Positions 1-12,948 of a DNA stretch of 64,000 bases are shown here, piece by piece; positions within the stretch are counted from its first letter, which is position 1, and each line of letters begins with the position of its first letter. The position numbers and the translations under genes were made by a program. The notes below the pieces were generated by a model. It searched no databases and was not told the DNA's origin. It was given only the letters and a program-made list of their open reading frames with translations. The stretch comes from Basidiobolus meristosporus CBS 931.73 (taxonomy: Eukaryota; Fungi; Basidiobolomycota), in NCBI GenBank assembly GCA_002104905.1, contig MCFE01000494.1:1-64000 (forward strand), read 5' to 3'.

Positions 1-699
1 TTGCATGAGTATTGACCAAAAAGTGAAATAATAGCATTACATTGTTGAGGGTCAAACTGTTTGCCCCATGGACAAGACTACTCTGACTCAATGCTGTAAG
101 AGAGGAGAAAAGAAACTATGTGGCTATTGTGGCAAGCCTCTCAGCCAGGAAGTATGTAGACAGCATAGGAAGTATTACAAGGATCATGGCCAATGTTTTG
201 CCACCCAAGTAATATCTGACCATTCATTGGTCACTACTGTGCCAACATTATCTTGCCGGTCAGTTAATACTCTTATATTGGCACCTGGCCATCTTTGTCA
301 CCTTGCCCAAACTGAGTCAGGTGAGTTTTTGATGCCTTTAGGCTCACCTCTGCCTTCTGAATATGGTACGCAGAGTGATAGCTCTGACAAAGAAGGTTCA
401 CAGATGGATTTTGAGCCTCTATCCCCTAACAACAGTACTATGAAACAAATGCCAAGGATACTTTACGAAGCCAAGTGAGCTCAGCAATCCATCTACTGGT
501 GAATGATGTAATATTGTGGCTAGAGAAGTGGCATGTTTCCACTAATATCAGTAATGGGGCTTTGAGGATTTATTACTACTTCTTGCCAAAATCATACCAG
601 GATGCTACTTACCATGTACATGGTACAAGTGGACAACCAACATGTGGCTGGCAACATATGATCCAGAGACTGCACTGATTCCAGTATGTGTAGACAGTT

Positions 700-2252
700 G
701 CATGGCATTCACATCCAAAAATGCTACCATTGCAACATGTCCAAATTGTCAGGAATCCACCACCATTGAGGGAAAACAATGATCAAACTCCAGATATATT
801 CCAGTTATACCCTGTCTGAGCAAGCTGATGCAGTTCAACAAATATTTCAAAGCTGTATAATACTGCACTCAGTATCAATTAAGTGCAAACATATCCAATA
901 TATTTGATGGCAAACATTAACAGCTAAGAAGCAAGGGCTACATTGAAGGTATGTATGACCATGCCTTTGCTTTAGCACTTGATGGATTCTCATTAAACAA
1001 GTACTCTATCAGCAAATACTGCTGGCCACTGATTTTTATCAATCTGAATCTGCCGCACATATTACAGTATCAGAGCAATAACCTGATGGTAGTCTCACTG
1101 GTATCTAGGCCTAGATCACTGTCCAACCTAGATAGCTGCTTGTATCTATTGCTGGATGAATTTTGTATGCTTTCTAGCAAGATAACAGTCAATGTTCATC
1201 ATTTAAAAGCGCATAATATTATTGGCATTGGAGCTATCCCAGCCATCAGCAAGATAACAGGTTTTTCCAGGTACAATGAATGGTATTGCTGTCAATTGTG
1301 TGAGATCCAGGGGATTTAATCCATTGCATGCACACATTATTAGTACCCAAACACCCGCACTAAGAACATCATCTTTCCACAGAAAGAACATTCAGAAGTC
1401 AGCATGCAAATGCGGCAAAGTTGGAAAGCAATAAGCCATTGGCTGGAATATGGAATCAATTGGAAACTGGAGATACTTAAGGTAGAGGGTATCTGTTGGA
1501 GCAAGAGCTTTTGATTGGGAGCAACGCATTTGCTTTTCAACAATATCCCTATACTGATGACCAAGTTGTACATGGGGCATTTGAAGCTAAATGAGCCCTT
1601 TGAGATACCGGAGAAATTTGAAAGAATTGGCAAGATTTTACAGAGTATCTGCTACCCTAAGTACCTCTCACAGGCCCCAATCAATATTCATAGACATATG
1701 CAACAACACAAATGCAAAGACTGGATGAACTGGATATGTATTTATTCAAGTGGTGTTCTGAAGCCATTCCTACCAAGAGTACATTGGAGGCATTAGGAGT
1801 CATATGTGGGCATTGTAGGAATATTCATCCAGAAGCGGATCACCAATGCCCACTTGATGCATCTACAGCTGTTGTACAAGGAGTTTGTGATGGTTATTGC
1901 GCGGCTATACTACAAACATAAAGCTGAATGTGTAGATCTCTGCCATTAGTGTATCCATTCTCTACTCCATCTTGCACAATGTGTGTAGAATTTTGGGCCT
2001 TGCTTCACCTTTTGGGAGTTTCCTATGGAGCAGATGTTTGGGGAGATAGGAAGACAAGTCAAGTTGCAGGTACTACCATTTCCTAGTCTCATCAAGAATA
2101 TTACCTTCAGGTCCTTCATGGATGTGATGAGTTGGCACATGGAGGACAGCCAGGAAGAGTTGGAAAATACTGAGGACAAATGTGCACATGAAGACACCTA
2201 TGCCTATGGCATTAAGAAGCTAAGCAGCCCCAATGCAAGGGTAATCAGTTAA
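700..2252 (+). pseudogene. CACTA/EnSpm-like DNA transposase remnant (stops and frameshifts)
   Basis: ORF 951-1319 reads ALALDGF...YCWPLIFINLNLP...LDSCLYLLLDEF...IPAISK...CCQLC, matching the Tnp2/Transposase_21 pattern. Downstream frames give KCKDWMNW and LGPCFTFWEFPMEQMFG (GP-W-FPMER-type motif). Broken into several ORFs and CpG-poor. Confidence 0.75.
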
Positions 2253-3900
2253 GTAATGCAAAGTTGGGTTGGGTGCAACAAGCAACTAATTTCTATTAGG
2301 AAAACTCTACCAAGGTATGCCGGCTCTCTTTTGGTCACAAGCCAACTTGTACGCCATTCAATACAGAATTCATACAAACAAACTCCAGAGTGCACCAATA
2401 AGGGGGACTAGAATCCAGCAGGGAGAATGAATATATTGACTAAATACTAAGAAGTTCTTTGCGGATATTCAGGAGGTGTTCATGGCAGAAGTGGCAACAA
2501 CTAAGCATATGTTTGCAAGATGTATATGTTACCAGCAGTACAAAGTATATAGCAACCTTGCAAGTATCACACTAAAAAGCCGTGAAGCTGAGGTAATAGA
2601 GGTATGTCAATTACAGCAGGTATGCACATGTGTAGAGGTTAGGAAGCAGGAGACCATAGTTTTTTTTATTCAAACTTACTGGCTGAAAGCTCAAAACAAG
2701 CAGCAAAGAAATGTCAGGTTTCCAGAAGAGTGCTAGTAAGGAATAAGAAGACAGAAATGAATGCACTAGTGCCGCATTTATCAAGAAGAGAACATAGGTT
2801 AAAACAATAAGTGCCCAAACAAAGTAGCTGTGAGAGACCTGGCAGAGATAAAGGAAGAGGTAAAGGGAAAAAAGTCCACCCAAGCCAGAGACAGGGAAGC
2901 ATTAAAAAAAGCTATAGTTCTTGCAAATTAATGCCTTTAGCCCAGTACAGGCTGAATCTCATCATAGCCCAGAATCATTACCAACAAGACAAAAGCTGTT
3001 TTATCAAGAGCTGGAAGTGCAGCTAGTTGAGCTACACTCCAGTGAGGTAGTTGAGCATGCAGACAAAGGCAATTTGTCTACTACTGCCTCTGCATCCTCC
3101 ATTGTAGACAGAGTGGAGATCTCACTGATGGACAAACCCGCAATGTCAAGAACTTGAAAGACTTTTGCAATGCCCCCTGTGAAGTACTGGGACAATTACA
3201 GACAGATCAAAATGTTGCAGCCCTTCTTCAAGAGCAGTGCTCAAGAAAACACACTCAAATATTGCAATGACTGGCCGATGAGATGCTAGACCTTGCAGTG
3301 CTGGCTGAATACCAGGATTTATGGGAACCAGTGAATGAACAATGACATAAAGCTGTGGGGTTCCTGCCAAAGTCATGAAAAAAGGGTGTTTTGGCAGATA
3401 AACCTACTGAATGGTGGACTTTAATGGAGTTACCTGTTGAGTGTGAGGCTGGGCTTAATGTTAGTGTTGGGTATAGGAACTTGTCTAGGTCAGTACAATA
3501 TGAAATTGAATTACAACTAAAGATTGAAAGGTAATAAACCAATTTGTACACATGAAAAGTAAGAGGTAACAGCCAATCAATGTACACAAATGTAGGAGGT
3601 GGTTGAGTGTCTAGGATCAGAAAGTGAGAGAATTGGCAGAGAATCAATCAACAGCCACTTATGTATTGTGATGAAAAATTTTGACCAAGTTTTTTGTGAA
3701 ATCTGGGGGGCAATTTTTTGCAAATGGCCTTTGCATGGTGTTCTAACAGCATCAATACTTCTTAGTCATGGGATTTAAAATTTGTGACAGCCTTTTAACA
3801 GCATCATCACAGTTATTTTTCATAGGGATATTGCTGGGTCTTATGCTTTGGATCTAAGGGTACCATCTTAATTTCATCAGCACTCCAAGAGTCTCTAACT
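2253..3900 (+). mobile_element. Degenerate CpG-depleted repeat DNA, probably the accessory ORF/3' part of the CACTA-like element
   Basis: Continuous with the transposase remnant and has the same CpG-poor composition. An interrupted frame near 3140-3420 reads VKYWDNYRQIKMLQPFF...LKYCNDWP. No firm domain call. Confidence 0.35.
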
Positions 3901-4214
3901 TAAAAACTACCAACATCTCATGTTCTCTCAGTGAGACAGCAGAAGCTTTAGGATGAGGTCAGGTTTAGTTACATTCATGCCAAATTTGGTAATAAGCTAC
4001 CTATTACTTCCACAAAGATTATCAACTAAAATTAAGAAGGGACAACACCTGATGAATACCAGCAAACTATCATCAGAATATCAGAAGATTACTGGCAGAT
4101 TGCTGGATGAGTCCCAAGTATAGGATTTTTTCATTGGAAACCTGTTTGATGTACCATTTAGGAGGATACCCATACGCTACTGTTGATGGTTCAGGCTCAG
4201 ACAGATGCCATTTC

Positions 4215-4563
4215 TGTTGAAAAAATCTGTAATTCCACCTGAATATTTACCTAGCTTAGTTGCTTAGATCATTACCTTCAAATCCTAGTGAATACTGACC
4301 AAATTCCTGGTAGGGATTTACCTGGAATATTTTCACCAAAATATCAGGTACCCAGAACATGAAAATTCTTGAAGTTGACCAAACAGCCCCAAGCTTTGCA
4401 CACATGCTCTTGGGACCTTCCTTAACCTATTCTACGTGTGTGTAATGCCAAGACCATGTAAAAGTATAAATACTACTTTCACATTCAATAAATCATTAAG
4501 TGAAAGCCACATAATCTACTTGTCCTCCCAATCACTTCCAATATCTCCAAGACTCTTACAACC
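4215..4563 (+). repeat. 5' LTR of a Ty1/copia element
   Basis: Starts TGTTG and ends CTCTTACAAC. Followed by AGCTATGAGCCC (a degenerate GGTTATGGGCCC-type PBS) and gag. Homologous to LTRs at about 6237-6585, 60658-60989 and 61913-62083. Confidence 0.85.
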
Positions 4564-6240
4564 AGCTATGAGCCCCAAGCTGTCACTCTCTGCAATGTCT
4601 ACTACTGCTATTATTGGATTTTTCCCTCTGCTGAAAAGTTGGATGGATCTAACTACCAAGTGTGGAAGGTGAAGATGAAGATGCTGCTACAAGAAAGAGG
4701 CCTTTTGGATACTGTCATGGGAGAAGAATGCCCTCCTCAAAATGTGGGAGAGGAAGCCTTAAAGTACCAGAAGAAAGAACAAAGTGCCTTTAACTGCATT
4801 TGCCTTGATGTTAAAGACAAATTTCTAATTCAATGCTCAAGAGCCAAAACAGCAAAGAATGCCTGGAAGACATTAGAAGACACCTACCAGTCATGTTCAG
4901 CTGCCAAGAAAATGTATCTAAGACAAAAATTCCTTACTACAAAGATACTGCCAGGAGCAGATATGAAAAATCTAATTAACAGGATTACCCTGCTGGTAGA
5001 TGAGATGGAATCTGTGGGTGTACCAACTACTGATGACAATGTGATAGTAACCACCCTGAATAGCCTGACCAACAGGTTTCAGGGCCTTGTATCAGCCTTA
5101 GTGCCCAGAACTGAAGATTTGACCTTAAATTACGTATAAGGAAGGCTCCTGGATGAAGAATTAAGAAAATCAAGTGCCAATAAGAAGGAAGAAGAAAATG
5201 CTTTAATAAGCAATGATAACCAATAAAGGAGGTACCAAAGACCCTACAAAGGCAACAGCATCCTGTTTTGCAACTACTGCAAAAGGAAAGGACACACATT
5301 AGACTGGTGCCTCAAAAAGAGAGATAATCAGCAAAAGAAGTCTGAACATGGAAATGCTGCAACAACTATTGATAGACTATTCATATCTGCACTAAATATT
5401 ACCACAAACAAGGATTCTCAGATATGGTATATTGACTCTGGAGCTTCTCAACACTTCACTCACCAAAAAGAACTTTTTACCCAATATCAAGAAATTCCAA
5501 TTAAGAAGGTTTTCATGGGTGACAACAGAACACTTGATGCAGTGGGAGAAGGAACTATTCAAGTAAAACTAAGAAGCAGTGAAGGAAGCCATACACTGAC
5601 CTTTAAAGAAGTACTCTATGTCCCAGAAATAGCCAAGAACCTACTATCTGTAAGCAAGGCCATAGCAAAAGGACTCAGCTTCAGCTTTGACAATTCTGGA
5701 TGCAAGATCACTGATTAAAATGGTGCCCATATTGCTTTGGGTATCAGAGATCAGAATCCATACAGGTTGACTTATATTCCATCATATTTGGAAGCCAATA
5801 TAAGTAACATAAATGAGGAAACACCAATGCTTTGGCACAGGAGATTTGGGCACATCAATTTTGATTATTTGTGCAAAACAATCAAAGATCAGCTAATATC
5901 TGGAGTAAAAACTGATTCCCCAGCTAATTTGGAGCACTGTGAAGCCTGCATATATGGGAAACAAGCCAGACAACCATTCAAGAGCTCTGGGTTAATCAAA
6001 ACTAAGAAAAATTTAGATCTGATTTACTCAGATATGTGTGGACCTAGACAAAATTTATTCTTAGGCAGGGTGAAGTATTTAATCACTTTTATTGATGATT
6101 ATGCAAGCTACATCTGGGTTTACTTCATGGAGAGAAAGGAAGAAGCTCTGTCTAAGTTCAGGGAGCTCAAAGCCATGATGGAGAAAGAAACTGGTGGAAA
6201 AGTCAAGAAAATACACCCTGACAATGGTGGAGAATATGCA
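4215..6240 (+). mobile_element. Ty1/copia element, 5' part (LTR, gag, zinc knuckle, protease, GAG-pre-integrase, integrase core N-half), pseudogenised
   Basis: gag DGSNYQVWKVKMKMLL; CCHC knuckle CNYCKRKGHTLDWC at about 5270-5310; protease WYIDSGASQH at about 5425; LWHRRFGH...CEAC; integrase SDMCGP, FIDDY, DNGGEY. In-frame stops at 5137 and 5716. Confidence 0.9.
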
Positions 6241-8128
6241 GTAAGAGTCTTGAATATATTGGAAGTGATTGGGAGGCCAAGTAGATAATGTGGTTTTCAC
6301 TCAATGGTTTATTGAATTTAAAAGTAGTATATATACTTTTACATGGTCTTGGTATTACAAGCACATAGAATAGGCTAAGAAAGGTCCAAAGAACATGTGT
6401 GCAAAGCTTGGGACTGTTTGGTCAACTTTAAGAATTTTCATGTTCTGGGTACCTAGTATTTTGGTGAAAATATTCCAAGTAAATCCCAACAAGAAATTTG
6501 GTCAATATTCTCTAGGATTTGAAGGTAATGATCCAAGTGACTAAGTTAAGTGAATATTTAGGTGGAATTACAAATTTCTACAACACTCCCACTCAGCTAA
6601 ATGTTAGTACTGACTAGTCCTAATTTTGACCCAAGATATTTAAACTTGTCTCTAGCTAATGATTTGGAAATATGACTGTAATCATTTCATCTGAAGGACA
6701 ATAAACTAAGCTAACCAAGTTATTTTCTATAGCTTCACATATGAAATGATGTCTAATATCTATGTGCTTAGCTCTAGAATATAACAGTTGGATTTCTACC
6801 TAATTGTATACATCCTTAATTATCTTGAAATGAAGTAATAGGTGGTTTTTGACATAGGCCCAAATCTGAAAAAAGCTCTCTTAACTACATTGCTTTTTTT
6901 GTAGCTTCACAGGCTGCCATATACTCTGTCTCTATGGTAGAAAGTGCTAAGGTTGGTTGCTTTCTTGAGTTTCATGAAATTGCTACTTTACAGTAAAGAG
7001 ATATGTATCCTGTGGTGGATCTGCTGTCTTCCAAATTTTGTCCCCAATCTGCATCCAAGTATCCTACAAGATCCTGTTCTGAGTCCTTATAAATGTATCT
7101 TAAGCAGATATCAGCAGTCCCTTTTAGGTATCTAAAAATCAACTTAACTGCTGCAATATGAATAGATCCATAGTTCTGATTAGGTTGGCTGACAACTCCA
7201 ACTGAATATGAGATATCTGGACATGTTCCAAGCATGATATACATCAGACTGCCAACCATAGATTGCTAAGGAAAGTCAGGGCTTTCAGATGGCACCAAGC
7301 TCTCTTGATTTGGTTGAGTTTTGACCAAGTCAAGGTTTGTCCCCATTGGGGTAGCTGCTGGCTACAGTCTTCCATTTGGTACTTCTTTAGTATATCTTGA
7401 ATATACTTGGATTGGCTTAGGGTGATAGTCTGGGTACTTCTGTCTATGGAGAACTTGATCCCTAAGTAGTAACTGAGTTCTCCTAGATTGGACATCTTGA
7501 ACTTCTTAGATAGGCTGGATTTAGTCTCTTCCAATGTTTCTAGGTTATTGGCGGCTATAATAAGGTCATCCACATATAGAGCTAATAGAACTGGATTTGC
7601 TCTGTCTGGCTTATAGTATATACTATAGTCAGCATTACTCCTTTTGAAACTCAAAGATTCCAAATAAGAATCCATCCTGCAATTCCAGGCTCTTGGTGAT
7701 TGTTTAAGACCATATAGAGACTTTTTGAGCTTGCAGACCAAATGAGGGTTATCTTGGTCAATAAACCCATCAAGTTGGTCCATATACACATCCTCATCAA
7801 GTTCTCCATTCAATTGCAGTTTTTACATCCATCTGATGCATAAAAAACTTATATTTAGCTGCAATAGCCAATATTAATCTGATAGAATTAAACTTGGCTA
7901 CCGGTGCAAAGGTCTCAGTATAGTCAAGTCCTGTTGTTTGAGAGTATCCTTTGGCCACAAGTCTTGCTTTGTATCTTTCAATTGTACCATCAGCCTTGTA
8001 TTTTGTCTTGAAGACCCATCTGCATCCAATTGATTTTTGGTTGATTGGTAATTTGACTAAGTCCCAAGTTTGATTTTCCATCAAGGTCTGATATTCCTCA
8101 CTCATTGCAGATCTCCAAAACTTTAGAC
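6237..8128 (-). mobile_element. Inverted copia 3' half (RT, RNase H, PPT, 3' LTR) nested in the integrase of the same family
   Basis: Minus-strand ORFs 7797-8153 (RYKARLVAKGYSQ...HQMDVKTA), 7244-7813 (LYVDDL) and 6972-7259 (GYLDADW). PPT AGTGGGAG at 6586-6593, then the LTR in reverse orientation at about 6237-6585. Confidence 0.9.
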
Positions 8129-9394
8129 TACTGTACCATACTCCCCACAGCAAAATGAAGTAGCAGAATGTGCAAACAGATCAATAATTGATATGGCAAG
8201 ATCTATGATCCATGATCAAAAATTATCCTATGATTTTTGGGTGGAATCAGTTGCCACTGCTGTATACCTTAAAAACATGAGCAATAACAGAATACTTTGT
8301 AATTCTACTCATTTTGAAGCATGGTATAGGTACAGACCAAGTGCAGAACATCTAAGAATATTTGGGCATACAGCATATGCCAAGAAACTGCCTGGAAATT
8401 AGTCAAAATTGGAGCCAAATAGTGTAAAATGCATATTTTTGGGTTACTGCAATGAGAGTAAAGCATACAGACTCTACAATGCCAAAGCAAAGAAGCTAAT
8501 CAGGTTCAGGGATGTGTTGTTTAATGAAAATTCAAAATTTTCACAAGAAATGACATCAGAAAATGACAATAATCTGATCTCAAGTCCGCCAATTGTCAGG
8601 ATTGAGTCAGAGCAAAACAATGAGAATTTTTTCACCCCAGAGGACTCTACAAACATGGTTCAGCCTGAATCAATGCCCAGGAATATCCCAGAAGTGATTA
8701 TTCTATTATCAAATGCCCGGAGATCCAATTGGACAAGAAATAGGCCAAATTACTATATCAATGAGGGTACAAACTTGGCCTATGCCTATTCAGTCCATAT
8801 TGATGAACCTCAGACTGTAAAAGAGGCCCTAAATAACCCTCAGACAAAGTGTTGGAGATTTGCAATGACTGATGAATATGTGGCCCTGATGAAAAATCAA
8901 ACTTGGGACTTAGTCAAATTGCCAATCAACCAAATATCAATTGAATGCAGATGGGTCTTCAAGACAAAATACAAGGCTGATGGTACAATTGAAAGATACA
9001 AAGCAAGACTTGTGGCCAAAGGATACTCTCAAACAACAGGATTGGACTATACTGAGACTTTTGCACCGGTAGCCAAGTTTAATTCTATCAGATTAATATT
9101 GGCTATTGCAGCCAAATATAAGTTTTTTATTCATCAAATGGATGTAAAAACTGCATTTTTGAATGGAGAACTTGATGAGGATGTGTATATGAACCAGCCT
9201 GATGGGTTTATTGACCAAGATAACCCTCATTTGGTCTGCAAGCTCAAAAAGTCTCTATATGGTCTTAAACAATCACCAAGAGCCTGGAATTGCAAGATGG
9301 ATTCTTATTTGGAATCTTTGAGTTTCAAAAGGAGTATGCTGACTATAGTATATACTATAAGCCAGATAGAGCAAATCCAGTTCTATTAGCTCTA
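8128..9394 (+). mobile_element. Copia integrase C-half and RT N-half (continuation of the outer element), truncated
   Basis: TTVPYSPQQN...MARSM...FWVESVATAVYLKN, KCIFLGY, then RT WDLVKLP...[12 protein letters not shown]...[15 protein letters not shown]. Breaks at about 9394. Confidence 0.9.
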
Positions 9395-9565
9395 TGTTTA
9401 GGAAGGTTTCAAGAGCTTGAACACAAAGCTTGGGGGCTTTTGGACAACTCTGGGAATTCCCATGTTCTGGATACTATGGTAGGAAATGGTAAAGCTCATA
9501 AGCTAGGATCTAGTTGGCCAAGTTAATGGAAATATTTAGGTGCACCTACAAAAACTTCCACTGTC
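9395..9565 (-). repeat. Diverged partial LTR of the same copia family
   Basis: The reverse complement aligns by eye to the LTR 5' half (CACCTAAATATT...CCAGAACATG...GTTGTCCAAAAGCCCCCAAGCTTTG). Confidence 0.55.
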
Positions 9566-9844
9566 AGATGTATAAACCACCAAGTGAGAGCCACCACCAC
9601 CACCACCACCACCATAACATGCACTGAGTTCCACATTCCAAAAACCCAGGGAGATTTCCTGGTTCATTCTCGGGAACCATACGTGATGCGCAAGCTCCGT
9701 GGTCAAATACAGGTATAATATTTATTAAAGAGTAGGAATTCTAAAGTGCCGTCAAAACTGGGCAAATTAATCGAAGTGAAGTGAAGTGAAGTGTCCCAGA
9801 ATCTATGATTGAGAGCCCCACCAAGCTGGGTTCTTTTACGGAGA

Positions 9845-11656
9845 TTAGTAGTTGTAACGTTCCTAGGTTGAAGCGAGGTTAGATTTCAGATGGGAAGCGG
9901 GTGGTCGCTACACTCGGCCTACCTGGAAATCCTTGATGAAGCTGCTGAGCTAGATAACGCGGTTACTGGTTAACCCCGATGCCGAAAGAGACCCATGGTC
10001 CGCGTGCACTTACCTTTTCAGCTCCTTGTTGGACTGCATCCCGAACCGCATCCATGTCGGTGTTGGACATCAATCGTTGGGCATACTCCCGAGCCTGGTA
10101 CTCAAGGTCACGGAAGTCGATGTTGTCATCGTCTACGTCCTCCGCCTGCTCCTCCTGGCGACCGAAGTATTGGTTGGAGCTGATGCTCTTCGCACCCGAG
10201 AATTCCGACAAGCGTTGTTGCTGCTGGCTCAAGTGATCCGAGTCGTAGTCATTTCTTCCGAAGTACATGTCAGAGGAGATGGCCTTCTGATTGCCGAATT
10301 TCTCTCTGGCGGTGTTGGCTAACGAAGAGTCTGGTTAGTTTCTGCCGAACAAAAAGATCTCCCCGTGTGGCCAACTTACACTCGTCATAGCTGCTACCAT
10401 TGGATGGTGTTGGTTGATATTGAGCGGTCTTGGAGGGAACCGATCCGAAACCCAATCTGGGGAGTGTGTTGCCGTTGGGTTTGTTGGTGCCACCAGTACT
10501 TCCGAAGCCCATGGTGGCGACGCGCTGTCCCAGCTTACTGACATCTGGGCTGCTTTGGGATGGCGTGGGCTTTTGGGTAGCTGATCTAGAGGAGCTGAAA
10601 TCGGTTTTGGCCACTCGTTCAGCCTCCTTGGCCGCGGCGGCTGCGGCTGCTAGTTCGGCCGCTTTGGCGCGCTCGTGCTCCTCCTTGGCCAATTGTTCGG
10701 CTTCCTCAAAGCTCATGCCACCCTTTTTGGCTCCCAGCTTACTGGCACCCAACTTGCTAGCGCCGAGCTTGGTTGCTCCAAGTTTCGTGGCACCCAATCC
10801 ACCTTTACGGCTACCAATAGGCTTTCTGTTGGTTGTTGTCCTGGGGGTCTTCTCTGCGACGGTTTGGGTGGATTCCACGATTGGTTCGGGAGATTTCGGG
10901 ATGACAGGAGAGTTACGACCCGAGGAGGAGGCGGACAAGGCGGGAGAAGCGGTGATGGGAGTCCCGTTCTGAGAGGGCTTCTTCACGTTTTCAAAGGAAG
11001 AGAAGAAATCCTCCTGGTTGTCGGGGAGAGCGGTTTCGGACTGTTCCTCCAACAGCATTCTGCCGGGGAAGCTATCGAATGGATAGATGGTTAGTTTCAA
11101 GAAGCCAGGGAAGACCAACCCCCCCCCGGGAAAGACTCACAATTTCACATCCTCGGCCACCATCTGGTTGAGCTTTTCTTTGTACAACTGCGCGGCTCTG
11201 CTGGTGTACTTGGTCTTCACGTCGTTGAATCTATCTCCGCCGTGGGAGCGGAAAAACTCGGCCGCGGCCAGGTTCCCGCCCAATTTGAAGCGTCTCAGTT
11301 GATCCCAGGTCCAGGAATCAAGAACAGTGGAACTACACATGGGGGAAAATGGATATGATCGGTCAGTGGCCTCCGCTGATCACGGCAGGGAAAAAGACAC
11401 ATACCGGACAAAACTGATGTGCACACCAAGGTTGCGGTGGATCCCCGAGCAATCTAAGCACAAGTAAATGCCGAAGGGAATCGAGGACCAAGTGGGGTTT
11501 TTGGCTTTACAGTCAAAACAGGCCTACAAGAAGAAACGAGGGGTTCGGTTCAGCTGAGAAGGGGACCGGTCAGGACATGGAAGGTACCTTGTTCTCGTGC
11601 TTTGCTTTGAGCTTGCTGAAGATTTGTTGGATTTCGGCTTTGGTGGGCTCGGACAT
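9845..11656 (-). CDS. GLO3: ArfGAP2/3 (Glo3-type) ADP-ribosylation factor GTPase-activating protein, multi-exon
   Basis: ATG at 11656 ([17 protein letters not shown]). Exon 2 has CFDC...[19 protein letters not shown] (ArfGAP zinc finger). Also KLGGN, LGAxK repeats, MGFG and ISSNQYFG Glo3 motifs. GT-AG introns; last exon ERYNY-stop at 9845. Confidence 0.9.
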
Positions 11657-12217
11657 GTCTTGGAAGTAAGGTCTGGTGGTGGTGGATTGCTGAGCTTGGG
11701 AAAGACTTGTTATCAATAAGTCGGAACCTGATAATAAAAATGATTGCCGACAGTCATGAGATCCGAGGAAATCAGTTGCCCCGCTGATTGGCCACCATGA
11801 AGATTTTGAAGCAATCCACCGATTCGAAACCATCAAACCAAGCGATGCGCACCAGTAATGTTTCAATCCTGTTTATTTCGGAGCACATTCAACACATTAG
11901 CGCCAAGACATGTTGAAATAAATATCCACCAAGCTTAACCGCTCGATTTCCTCTCGACAAAACTGGTTGCACACAGTCAATGAAAGCAGACATTGGCTGG
12001 ACAAATCATTTGTGCACACATCCCAATCACTCCGGTTTGATGAACCATTGACATAAGTTAAGCTCCGATCAACTCACACTTTCCTAATCAAGCCACTCTA
12101 GGTCCTGATGACAACAATTCCCTCAAATCCACTAAATTGAATCTAGCTGAGACACCGGTGAACTAGATGGGCATAAATCGGCATGTTATCGAATCAAGAG
12201 GTTTAAATTAAGCGGTC

Positions 12218-12475
12218 CTAATACATATTGGCGTTGACCCTTGCCCCTTTGTTCCTTGTCCAAGCACCACCGTCGTAGTTGTCGGAATTTCTGCCGTTGT
12301 ACGCCAAGGTGCCGGTGAGTCCCGATACAAGAAGCGCTCTGCCAAGGATCAACTTTCGTTGTGGGCCTTCGATTTTGATGGGATCCCGCCTGAACTCCTC
12401 AAGGACCAGCGGCGGCACACCCGCGGCACATTGGCGGAGAGGGACCAAAGCGACAATCAGTAGAACCCCTCTCAT
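12218..12475 (-). CDS. Possible small secreted protein (85 aa), unknown function
   Basis: ATG-started ORF with a hydrophobic N-terminus (MRGVLLIVALVPLRQCAAG) in a GC-richer patch of an intergenic region. No family motif recognised. Confidence 0.25.
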   Translation of the reverse strand: MRGVLLIVALVPLRQCAAGVPPLVLEEFRRDPIKIEGPQRKLILGRALLVSGLTGTLAYNGRNSDNYDGGAWTRNKGARVNANMY

Positions 12476-12948
12476 GGTCGGGACGTATCTGGCCGATGGT
12501 GACAGTTATATGGGCGATGCTGTGCGGTCTAGCACATGGCATATTACATTGTTTGGTCCTCCCCAAACCGTTTGGTTTGATGAGTTGTCGGCGTAGATTA
12601 TGGCATTTATCCACATATTTGGCAGCATCCAGTTCAATCAAGCTGAACCTAAAATATCAGCGAATAGAGCTGACTCATGGGGAAATTACCTCGACCAAGC
12701 TGGCCGAATGACGAGGCTATTTTTAGTGGTGTGGGTCTTCATTTAGTCCTTGCGGTTGGCAAATTTGGTAACCGGGATGGTACAGAGAGGCAGGATCCAA
12801 TGGGAGTTGAAGTAGTGCCTCTACGCGTCCATCCCTTTTGGCAGGGAAAATGGATTCAGGGTAATTAGTTTTCTGCTATTTAACTTGCAGCCGGAGACTC
12901 TGCCAGGTGTTACTACTTTAATCTGTTCCTCCTTCCCATTAACATATC

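Noticed and set aside
68-678. Cys-rich ORFs at the window start as host genes
   Set aside because: They lie in CpG-depleted repeat DNA upstream of the CACTA transposase and are probably transposon-derived.
3660-3830. CACTA terminal inverted repeat
   Set aside because: TTGTGATG/CATCACAG and repeated AACAGCATCA motifs are suggestive, but no matching partner end or 3-bp TSD is visible.
9592-9793. (CAC)n and (GAAGT)4 microsatellites
   Set aside because: Short simple repeats with no evidence of function beyond lying near the compartment boundary.
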